Part shown: positions 17,755-26,233 of the stretch, piece after piece
Layout of the letters: every line of letters begins with the position of its first letter
Position numbering within the stretch: the stretch's first letter is position 1
Assembly: GCA_046329055.1 (NCBI GenBank)
Contig: JAXLVK010000023.1
Span: 2,219 to 66,218, forward strand
Reading direction: 5' to 3'
DNA from: Bacteroidia bacterium
GTDB taxonomy: Bacteria; Bacteroidota; Bacteroidia; J057; JADKCL01
Length of the DNA stretch: 64,000 bases
Program-made: the position numbers and the translations under genes
The notes under the pieces: model-generated
Database searches by the model: none
The model's input: only the letters and a program-made list of their open reading frames with translations
What the model was told of the DNA's origin: nothing

Positions 17755-18114
17755 CGGGACAGTAGGGGGCCAATCGGCACCGGGCGCAAAGGTAGCCCAG
17801 CCCATGGCGATTGAAAAATCAATTTTCCTTTCGGGGGCCAATTCGATGTCTTGAGCCATGGAATATGACCGATGATGCAGGGGCGGCTCACTCGCATGGC
17901 CGCAGGTTCTATTTTGGCAATGGCTTTCGAGGGAGTCCAATCCCCAAAGTCGAAAAGAACCTTTTAGTTTTAAACCCAGCTGATTCGCGTTCCGTGCACC
18001 CTTGCACGGAACGTGGCGTTTTCAGGGGGGCATCCCAAGCAGGTGAATTCGCGGTTCGGATGGTGCGATACTCGGCTGGAATTGTAATTTGAAGGAAAAT
18101 CGAGCCAAGGTCCC

Positions 18115-19278
18115 ATGAAAGTCACCCCTGGAGAAAAGCGCGCATCAGAGCAGGTCGATGAGACCAGGAAGTCCATGAAGCGTCGGATGCGTAGCATGTG
18201 GGTCTGGATGGGGATTTCATTTGCGGGAGCATCCATTTTCCTGGCCCTGTTCCTGGTCTTTCCGCGCTGGACCCATAGCCACAAGCTCATTTCTGTGGAT
18301 TTTATCCATTACCAGGGCAAGCCGCTGCTTGTGAGCTACTGGATGGAGTACAGCACGAGCGAGGACAATGGAGACTGCTTGGAGGGGTTCGTGGTGCGCA
18401 CGGCGGATGGCAAGTCGGGCAAGGAGCTGAACGAGGTTTTCATGCCGCACGAGGCCAATGGGATGCCCTACGGAGGCGAAATGCTGCTGTTGGAGGACGG
18501 CTCGATCTGGGTGAACTGCACCAATGCGGGCAACTTCATGGTCACCATGCCCGCCTTTCTCGCCAAGCTGCAACTTTCGCAGGACGGTTCCCTCGCCTTG
18601 GTGCCCGACGCCGTTCCAGCTGGATTGGGAGTCTCAGGGGCATTCAGCCACGGCCGCATCCCGATGAGCAATCAGTACAACGAACCGATGTGCTATGATA
18701 TCCCATCAGCCAAGGCGACGCCGGGAACATGCCCTTGGGAAGAGGACCGCATTGCACAGGGCGATTTTTTCCTTGCACACAAGGAGGCAGGCTCGACCCG
18801 CTCACGGCTCTGGTACGTCCATTCGCGGACTGCGGTGCCGGACCCCAACATCAGCGTGGGCTTCGTGAACGGTGACAGGCCACTCCCCGGCGTTCACATC
18901 TTCAACGATCTCAAAAGCAATTATTACAAGATCACGGAGGAGCGGCTCGCTTATTATCAGACCATGGGCGATTCTGGCGAATTCAAGTTCACCGCAGTCG
19001 GCGAAGACGACTACCTCGTGAACGCGCTTCTGAGCTACCATGACAGCGCTTGCGCGATCCTGCAGCTGCCTGGCAAGGATCCCTCCGAGCCGAGGTATGC
19101 CTGCTATTTTCCGGATGGACACAAGGGCTGGGAGGTGACATTGGACACGGATGACAAACTTTATCTGGCATTTGTCCCGCATTGGTTGGACGATCAAGTG
19201 GTGCTCGTCGCGAAGGAGTCCATGGCGGTGGGGATTGATCCATCCAGTAGCAAGGTGCTCTGGGAATGGCGGCCCTGA
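18115..19278 (+). CDS. Hypothetical membrane-anchored protein
   Basis: A 387-aa ORF with one N-terminal TM (WVWMGISFAGASIFLALFLVF) and a large soluble domain. I recognise no family signature. Codon usage is consistent with neighbouring genes. Confidence 0.55.
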   Translation: MKVTPGEKRASEQVDETRKSMKRRMRSMWVWMGISFAGASIFLALFLVFPRWTHSHKLISVDFIHYQGKPLLVSYWMEYSTSEDNGDCLEGFVVRTADGKSGKELNEVFMPHEANGMPYGGEMLLLEDGSIWVNCTNAGNFMVTMPAFLAKLQLSQDGSLALVPDAVPAGLGVSGAFSHGRIPMSNQYNEPMCYDIPSAKATPGTCPWEEDRIAQGDFFLAHKEAGSTRSRLWYVHSRTAVPDPNISVGFVNGDRPLPGVHIFNDLKSNYYKITEERLAYYQTMGDSGEFKFTAVGEDDYLVNALLSYHDSACAILQLPGKDPSEPRYACYFPDGHKGWEVTLDTDDKLYLAFVPHWLDDQVVLVAKESMAVGIDPSSSKVLWEWRP

Positions 19279-19283
19279 AATGA

Positions 19284-19312
19284 AAGCGGGAATGCTTGTG
19301 GCACTCCCGCTT
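19284..19312. terminator. Hairpin between convergent genes (putative bidirectional terminator)
   Basis: AAGCGGGAATGC-ttgtg-GCACTCCCGCTT is a 12-bp stem with one mismatch. On the minus strand it is followed by TTTCATTTC. Confidence 0.4.
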
Positions 19313-19335
19313 CAGAATACGATCCAAATACCTGA

Positions 19336-21700
19336 TTATTTCATGACTTGCACCTTGGCATTGCGGGTCTGGGAGCTGGTTTGCACCCGGACAATGTACA
19401 TGCCGTTGGCGAGGTTGGAGATGTCGAAGTCCATCGTGTTGGCACCGCTGATGAGGTTGACGGGGCGGTTCACGAGCATGCGACCGTTGAGGTCCATGAT
19501 CATGACATTGGCTGCACCCTCAGCATTGGTGAGGTAGTTCACGAAGAGGTTCTGCGCGACGGGGTTGGGGTACACCTCCATGCGATCCTCGGTGACCGTG
19601 ATCGGGTCCTTTGCCACAGCGGGGGCGGTACCGCCGCTCATGCGGACAAAGTTGCTGGCCGACGTGGCGGCATTCAGGGTGTAGCAAATCGTGCTGCTAT
19701 TCGCGCCATTGTATCCAATCACCTTGACCGTGTAGGTCGCTCCTGCGGTAGCCGTGTTGTAGATGATGGATTCAGCGGTCGTGCCACCGTTTTCAGATGA
19801 ACCCAGCAGCGTCGCGCCAGTGCTGTTGTAGAGGTACACATCGTAGTCGCCAGGCAGGTTGGTCAAGGTGATTTTCACCTTGGGCGCCGTGCTCGTGGTG
19901 GTGAACTTGAACCAATCGATGTCCGTCGCTGTGCCGATCTTGGCGATGATGTTGGTATTGGTGGCGATGGTCTTCGCGGTGCTGACGGTCTCATTGGTCT
20001 CGTAGGAATCCGTGCAACCACTGGCGCTGGTGGTGAAATTGGTGCCAGCGATGTAGGAGCTGCTTCCGCTGCTGCAGACGGCTTGCACTTGCCAGTTGTA
20101 GGTGGTGGAGGCTGCAAGCCCGCTCAATGCCTTGCTGTTGGTGGTGCTGGTGGTGCTGGTCCACGTGGTGGTGCCATTGACGCGGTATTGGACATTGTAG
20201 CTGGTGGCGCCTGTGACGGCGGTCCAGCTCAGGGTCGCACCGGAGGAGGTGATGCTGCCTGCTGCGAGGCCGCTGGGGTTGCCGCAGGTCGTTCCACTGG
20301 ACAGGGTCACGCCGTAGTCTTCCACCTCGCCATAGCTGAATGCCTCACATTCGGTCGGTGCGGCATTGTATTTCATGCTGATGCGCATGCGGGTCGTGGT
20401 AGCTGTCGCGGTGGTGGGCACGGTGAAACTGCCAGTGCGGGCGGTTGTGGAGGTGGCTCCGGCGTCATAGACAAGTTCGCCAGCGTCGATGAAATCTTTG
20501 TCGTTGTTCAGGTCGATCCAGATTTTCCAGTATTCGGGGTAGGCTGTCGAGGTGAAGCCCGGTGTGAGGGTAAAGCTGGTGGCAACGCCTTTGTGAGGTT
20601 GTCATTACTGGCAGCAGGAAGCTGCCGTAGCCACTGTTGTTGCCGGAGTTGTTGGTGTAGGAGCCGACGACCACGGAAGCAATCCACTCATCGGCGGTGG
20701 ACCCGCCCGAGCTGGAGCAATAGGTCGGGGTGGTGCTGCCTGAGCATCCGGTGGAGGTCTGCAAGCCGGAGCGGCTACCCGTCATGGTGGCGACAATGCG
20801 CGCCTTTTGCCCGACGGTGAACATGTTCATGGCAGCATCATCGGTGTAGTCCATGTAGTTCATGTACATGATGCCAGGGCTGGTGCTGGTGCAGCCGTCG
20901 GTGACCACGCCAGTGGGGGCACCATATTTCATTTCGCACTGGTTGGGGGTGTCGCTCACTGCGTCGCTGCCTGCGCATTCGGAACTGGTGGTGCAAGTGC
21001 CGTTGCCGTCCGCGTCGTCACCCCAGATGTGGTAGAGGTTCAGCCAGTGGCCTACTTCGTGAGTGGCGGTGCGGCCCTTGTTGTAGGGGGCGGTAGCGGT
21101 TCCTGTTGCCAGGCGGTGTAGCTGATCACGACGCCGTCAGACGGTAGCGCTTTTCGGGAATTGGGCGTAGCCGAGCAGACCTCCACCCATATTGCAAACC
21201 CAGAGATTGAGGCACGGCAGTGTTCCATGCATCCTTGCCGCCATTGGCGGTCCGCTTCACATTGTCATTGGAGGTGAATGATGTAGTGGTGGTGCTGGTG
21301 CGTACGTTCAAAGGTGGCTGCGCCATTGGGTTTGTGGTGGCAAAGGCAGGAAGTTGATTTCAGCTCCGTGGCGATGGAGGCCCGCGCCGTGGGGTGATTC
21401 CTGTCCGGCACCAGCGGGCGGAAGTCGCTTTGCCTGGAGACCATCTGCCTGACCAGCGTCCTGAGATGTTCTGCGTGGAGTTGTTGTGCTGCACTACGCA
21501 CCACTACCGGATGCGTACTGACATCGCGGTCGGCATCGTTGTAGCGTATCCGTGAAGTTTCAAACCATTGATGCGTGCGCGACGGAAGAGATTAGTCCAT
21601 GGCTTGAGCCGCGCCTGATTCTTCCATGCAGCACACTCTGCCAGTATCTGTTACCGAGGCCAAGCCACATCCGAGCATGCATAAGGCAAATTTTCTTCAT
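19336..21700 (-). pseudogene. M43 (pappalysin/cytophagalysin-type) zinc metallopeptidase with GEVED, FN3, PPC and T9SS type-A C-terminal domains; N-terminal 1.1 kb broken by many frameshifts
   Basis: ATG at 21700. The signal peptide MKKFALCMLGCGLASV appears only if one base of the 21691-21694 run is dropped. Catalytic blocks lie in alternating frames: PVVV/HVVQHNNSTQNIS, LNLWVCNMGGGLLGYAQFP, DGVVISYTAW, GTATAPYNKGRTATHEVGHWLNLYHIWGDD, MNYMDYTDD..MFTVGQ. The intact tail (19336..20421) carries YGEVEDYGV, an FN3 (LSWTAVTGATSYNVQY), PPC, and the CTD VYPNPVAQNLFV...GMYIVRVQ. Confidence 0.75.
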
Positions 21701-21869
21701 AATGTTCTTACCTACAGATTGTTGAACCTAAAACTGATTGACTAAAGCGCAGTGAATTTATTCTCTTGAGCAAATCATAACATACGGACTCAAAGATGCG
21801 AAAGAAATGCCTGGAGATATGAATACCGGATGGTAATGTTGTTTGACTGCTGACAATCAGGCAATAGAG

Positions 21870-22626
21870 TCAATAGGAGAAGCTTCCATTACAGAAAAAT
21901 CGGGGTGATACACCACGCCCACGCGGCAGCATGCTGATGAAAGAAATTGATTCGCGTCGCATCACGATTTCCGCGAAGAAGAATCGCCTTGAGCTGTGAA
22001 TCGGATCATTGGGGATCGACCCTGAATTTGTTGGGTTAACCTTCTGGAATAGCTCCCACTCCGGCAGGTGCTTTGCCACCATTCGGTGAAAACCCGATCG
22101 ATTTCGCAGGTTTTGGGCCTTTGCAGTTGCCGGAATAAATCAGGACGTACCGCGCCACGGAAAAGGTTCATGTAGTTGCTGAAGACCTCATCTTCATCAG
22201 GTAGAGGACATCCAAGGACATGCTCATCCCGGCGTGAAGAATCGATGGTTGTCCTGAAAGGCCCGCGAGTCATAAACAAAGAAACTCTTGGTCTCGTCGT
22301 TTACGTAAAGAGCTCACGCATGTTGGATGATTGTCGGCGACACATCCATTTTGCGAAGTTTGGATAGACACCCGTTGTAGCTGGTTGCCATCAATACATC
22401 CAATTCCATCACAGATTGATTCCCTGCTCAGCGACAAAGGCGTTAATCATCAGCTTTGTGCTCAGCCATATTGTTGCAGGAGTCAACGAGCAGCCATAAT
22501 TAGCATACCGCGATTCCCAATATTCTGCGGATCCCGGAAACTTTTTGGCCGAAGACAGCCTTTCTTGATCTTGACGCTGCTGCAGCCAAGAACCGGAATC
22601 TTGTTCACAAAATTGCCTACTGACAT
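21870..22626 (-). pseudogene. Class I SAM-dependent methyltransferase remnant, shattered by frameshifts
   Basis: No long ORF here. On the minus strand, family-like blocks occur in alternating frames and in the expected order: EYWESRYAN, MAEHKAD, INAFVAEQGIN, GCIDGNQL, MDVSPTIIQHA, DETKSFFVYD, SLDVLY, PDEDEVFSNYMNLF, YVLIYSGN, RVFTEW, LPEWELFQKVNPTN. The boundaries are approximate. Confidence 0.5.
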
Positions 22627-22668
22627 ACACGGTATCGGTAAATGTACTTGAGACATCCAAGCAACTGC

Positions 22669-23536
22669 TCAGTGTCTGAAATGCAAAAATCCGAATCCTC
22701 TTTCCGGGTTTTGCCCGCACGATAAAGCCGCGCGTAAGCTCGGTATCCCGGCTCTTCGGAGACAGATCACGAACAATTTGCTGTCTTCGCTGGTGAGCAG
22801 GCTCGATGTAATCCGTGAGCGAGCGCGGAAATCGTCCGCCAGCGGCTTTCCGGCGATGCAGGCTGCCCGAGAGAGGTATGATATCACCATGGGTTGCCGC
22901 ATAGCGGAACTGGCGGCTCCAGCTGGGATACGGAGCTCCTCAATCGTGACGTCCGGGGTCACCATGTGCATCGGGGAGCCGTGACCCTTGTAGGTCTTGA
23001 CCACGATCCCATCCCGCTCAGTCAACGGGAAATCCGTGGTGGGGTAGTCGTCATAACTCGCGGGATTGCCCAGCGTGATCGCCAGGTTGGGGTCCATCCA
23101 GACCAGCTTGAGAATCCCTGATCTTCTCCGAATGCGAGACACCGTTGCCAGCCCGGATGATTTGTGCATCACCCGCTCGCAGGGTCCGCCATTCGCGCAG
23201 TTTGGTATCGTAATGTTCAATCTCGCCGTGCAGCACGAAGCTCATGATCTCAAAGCCCTTGTGGGGATGCAGTCCGATCGTGCTTTCCTCTCCGGGAGTC
23301 CAGGCATGCGCCCAGTAAAAGAGGTTGGAATATGCACGGCCCCTGCCGCCATCACCGGGAAACCCGATCGGTTTGTTTTCCAGGATCGCTCCGTGGTTGA
23401 ATTCCCCGTAGCCTTGCTGCGCCTTGGGAATGATGTCCAAATGCATGTGAATGCTTCCTTTCTGTGCAGGATAACCTTGGCGTATGCCAGATAATCGAAT
23501 AAACCGGCGAGGAAGGGCCTTGCTCAAAGGACCCAC
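22669..23536 (-). pseudogene. Pirin-family bicupin, frameshifted
   Basis: The N-terminal cupin lies in ORF 23051..23536 (GLHPHKGFEIMSFVLHGEIEHYD...IIRAGNGVSHSEKI). It continues in another frame in ORF 22669..23220 (LKLVWMDPNLAITLGNPASYDDYP...). The frame changes at about 23112-23122, with at least one more downstream. A likely ATG is at 23446. Confidence 0.6.
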
Positions 23537-23543
23537 ATCCTCT

Positions 23544-24107
23544 TCACCATCGTCCCAGTCCTCCGCCGCGCGGCACTGCTACCTTGATCACCGCCTTCGG
23601 CAAGCCCCGCACCACAGCACGTGCGCCCTCGTCGCCGCGCAATCGACTCAGCATCGTGAAATAACGGGCTGGGAAAACCATCGGCGCGCCTGCGTGGCCG
23701 TCGTAATGGGCGGCGATCACCTTGTCGGGGTGCGCATCAGCAGCCTCCACGAGCCGGTAGTAATGCTCCACCTCCACATAGGGCTGGTCCACCAACGCAA
23801 TCATCGCATGACTCACGGTCGGAAACATCGATTCCAGGAACTCAATGCCGCAATGGATCGAACTCGCCATCCCCGTCTGCCAATTCAAGTTCTGGATCAG
23901 GCTCAGGTCGTGGTACATTTCCAAATGCGGTGCGATTTCAGCAGCATTTGCCCCGAGCACCACCACCGTCGGGAAGCAACGACAAGCAAGCAACCGCTCC
24001 GTCACGATTTGGATCAATTTCTTTCCCTGAAAATCCAGCAATTGCTTTGGGTGACCCATCCGGCTGCTGCTCCCTGCTGCGAGCAATATGATGCCGACAT
24101 CCGTCAT
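23544..24107 (-). CDS. mocA: Molybdenum cofactor cytidylyltransferase-like nucleotidyltransferase (MocA family)
   Basis: GIILLAAGSSSRMGHPKQLL is an NTP_transf_3 P-loop-like motif. There is a 4-nt ATGA overlap with the xdhC stop. Confidence 0.75.
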   Translation of the reverse strand: MTDVGIILLAAGSSSRMGHPKQLLDFQGKKLIQIVTERLLACRCFPTVVVLGANAAEIAPHLEMYHDLSLIQNLNWQTGMASSIHCGIEFLESMFPTVSHAMIALVDQPYVEVEHYYRLVEAADAHPDKVIAAHYDGHAGAPMVFPARYFTMLSRLRGDEGARAVVRGLPKAVIKVAVPRGGGLGRW

Positions 24108-25201
24108 GCCAGCATGGGCTTGCGGTCATGGATGAAGCCCTCGCGGTCCCGCAGAAATCCCGCATTGCGGCGTGACATTACCGCCTGCACCTCTGCCACC
24201 ACCGCCAGCGCAATCTCCATCGGTGTTTGTGCCCCGATGTCCAGTCCCACCGGCCCATGCAACGCAGGATGTTCCATCAATCCGCCTCCAAACTCCCCAT
24301 CCATGCGTTCCAGACGTTTGCGCGGACCCAGCAACCCGATATAGGGCAAGTTCAGCTCACGCAAACCATTCAATATCGCGGCGTCGTAGCCATAATTGTG
24401 CGACATGACCACGGCGGCAGTGAAATCGTCGGGAGCCAATGCAGCCACTGCCTCCTCGCGCTTCAGATGTTGGACGGACTCCGCTTCCGGAAATCGGATC
24501 GGCAATATCTTGGCCGCGCATTCATCCGTGACCGTGACCCGCCATCCCAATCCGGCCGCAAGCTGCACCATGGGACGAGCATCCTCGCCGCCCCCAAACA
24601 CCAACAGCCGGGTAGCCGGCACGATTCGCTCCACCGCGAAGAGGCATGCTTTCCCTCCAAAAACCACCCGCTGTAAGCCCTCCTCCGCCACAAAATTCGC
24701 GGCAACTCCGTCCGCCCACTCAGCGCGGTCATTGCCCGGGGCGCTCAACACAAACATCCTCCCGATCTCCTCCGCAATCCCTTCCAACATCGTGGCGCCC
24801 CATTTTGTTACCGTCCCTTCATAGCCTCGTTGCAATTCCTGCAGCCTGGGCATCACATGGTCGGCACTCAGCGATTCGATCCAGACCTTCACCACGCCAT
24901 TGCATCCCAGGCTCGCCCCGATGATCCGGGCATTCTCGTCGGTCTTGGTATCGTAGGTGATCAGTTGAGGCTTCCCATCCAGCATCACCTGTCGAGCGAT
25001 GCGCAGCGCATTCCCCTCCAAGCAACCGCCCGAGATGGACCCGATCCAATTCCCATTGTGCAGAATGAGCATCCGCGCGCCTGCGCCCCGGTAGGCAGAG
25101 CCCTCCACATCCACCACAGTGGCGAGGGCCATGGATCGCGCATCCTCAGCACCTGCCAGTGCATTCATGATGTTACGCAATTCGAGACGAGAGCCGGACA
25201 T
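24104..25201 (-). CDS. xdhC: XdhC/CoxI family molybdoenzyme maturation factor
   Basis: The N-terminal XdhC domain (ALATVVDVEGSAYRGAGARMLI) is followed by a Rossmann-like C-terminal half (RLLVFGGGEDARPMVQLA). Confidence 0.8.
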   Translation of the reverse strand: MSGSRLELRNIMNALAGAEDARSMALATVVDVEGSAYRGAGARMLILHNGNWIGSISGGCLEGNALRIARQVMLDGKPQLITYDTKTDENARIIGASLGCNGVVKVWIESLSADHVMPRLQELQRGYEGTVTKWGATMLEGIAEEIGRMFVLSAPGNDRAEWADGVAANFVAEEGLQRVVFGGKACLFAVERIVPATRLLVFGGGEDARPMVQLAAGLGWRVTVTDECAAKILPIRFPEAESVQHLKREEAVAALAPDDFTAAVVMSHNYGYDAAILNGLRELNLPYIGLLGPRKRLERMDGEFGGGLMEHPALHGPVGLDIGAQTPMEIALAVVAEVQAVMSRRNAGFLRDREGFIHDRKPMLA

Positions 25202-25270
25202 CCTTATTCCAATTGAGTCGTGACAATGAGAAATTGGAAGATAGGAACATTTTGAGAATTCAGCTCCCGA

Positions 25271-26224
25271 TCAATCGCTTTCCAATGAGGAGAAAGTGTT
25301 TTCAATCGCGATTTCAACCGCCTTGGCAACCATGTCCACCTTGTATTTCGTGCCGGGGAGCGGGTTGGCGCCTAATGTCGCAAGTCGTCCTGCCTCCTGG
25401 TACACGCCGCGTCTTGGGTTGCGGTCTTGGAGGTAAGCCTCCACGTCCTTGAGCCGGAGCGGGACATTCGCCACGCCGCCGATCACCACACGAGGATCAT
25501 GGATGCGGGAGGCGTCCTTGCTGTTGCCGATGACAAGCACCTCCACCAGCGGCCATTCTGCCCTGGCCCGGCTGATGGTGCGGTGGTAGGCATGAACTTC
25601 GTTTTGGATGGGCGCTGGGAGCAAAATGCCCGTCAAGATGGCGCCCTGCGGCAGGAGATGGTCATATTGCGCGGCCTTGCCATCGCCGAAAAGCTGTGTG
25701 ATCTTCATGTTTTCTTTTCCGTGGATGGTGATTTGGGCGTCGTAGGCCATCAATGCCATGCCGAGCGTGCTTGGATGTGGCCAAACGCAAGGTCCGAGGT
25801 CGAAGCAGACGCCATATTGGTGGTTGCCTTCGCGGGCAGGGCAGGAATCGCCGCCATTTTTGAAGCAGGTGAATTCCTCGTGCCTGAAGTACCAGCACCG
25901 GCTACGTTGCAGGAGGCTGCCTCCCATGCTTGCTGCCCTGCGGATTTGGGGATTGGCCAGTGAGCCAGCGGTTTTTGCCAGTCCGGGATAATTCGTGCGG
26001 ATGATGGGGTCGGTGGCAACGCGGTGGATGCTCACCCAGGCTCCGATGAGGCAGGTGCCGTCGGAATTCAAGCGGATATCATCCAGCCCAGGAATGCGTG
26101 CCATGTCCACAATATCTCCACCGCTGACATGGTGCCTGTGGCGGTCCATCACGTCAGTGCCGCCCACGCGGTATTCGCCCTTGGCGGATGCTGCGGCTTC
26201 CAATGTCTTGACAATGCTGCTCAT
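25271..26224 (-). CDS. Xanthine dehydrogenase family FAD-binding subunit (CoxM/XdhB-like)
   Basis: 317 aa, with YRVGGTDVMD (the GGT[DN]L FAD motif region). It is positioned after the Mo subunit. Confidence 0.8.
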   Translation of the reverse strand: MSSIVKTLEAAASAKGEYRVGGTDVMDRHRHHVSGGDIVDMARIPGLDDIRLNSDGTCLIGAWVSIHRVATDPIIRTNYPGLAKTAGSLANPQIRRAASMGGSLLQRSRCWYFRHEEFTCFKNGGDSCPAREGNHQYGVCFDLGPCVWPHPSTLGMALMAYDAQITIHGKENMKITQLFGDGKAAQYDHLLPQGAILTGILLPAPIQNEVHAYHRTISRARAEWPLVEVLVIGNSKDASRIHDPRVVIGGVANVPLRLKDVEAYLQDRNPRRGVYQEAGRLATLGANPLPGTKYKVDMVAKAVEIAIENTFSSLESD

Positions 26225-26233
26225 CTGCGCCTC

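Noticed and set aside
17988-18013. Perfect 11-bp hairpin (CGTTCCGTGCA-ccct-TGCACGGAACG) in the 360-bp ccmB / hypothetical-gene intergenic region, considered as an sRNA or riboswitch.
   Set aside because: It is an isolated stem with only a weak T-tract and no further conserved-looking structure. It cannot be assigned a function from sequence alone.
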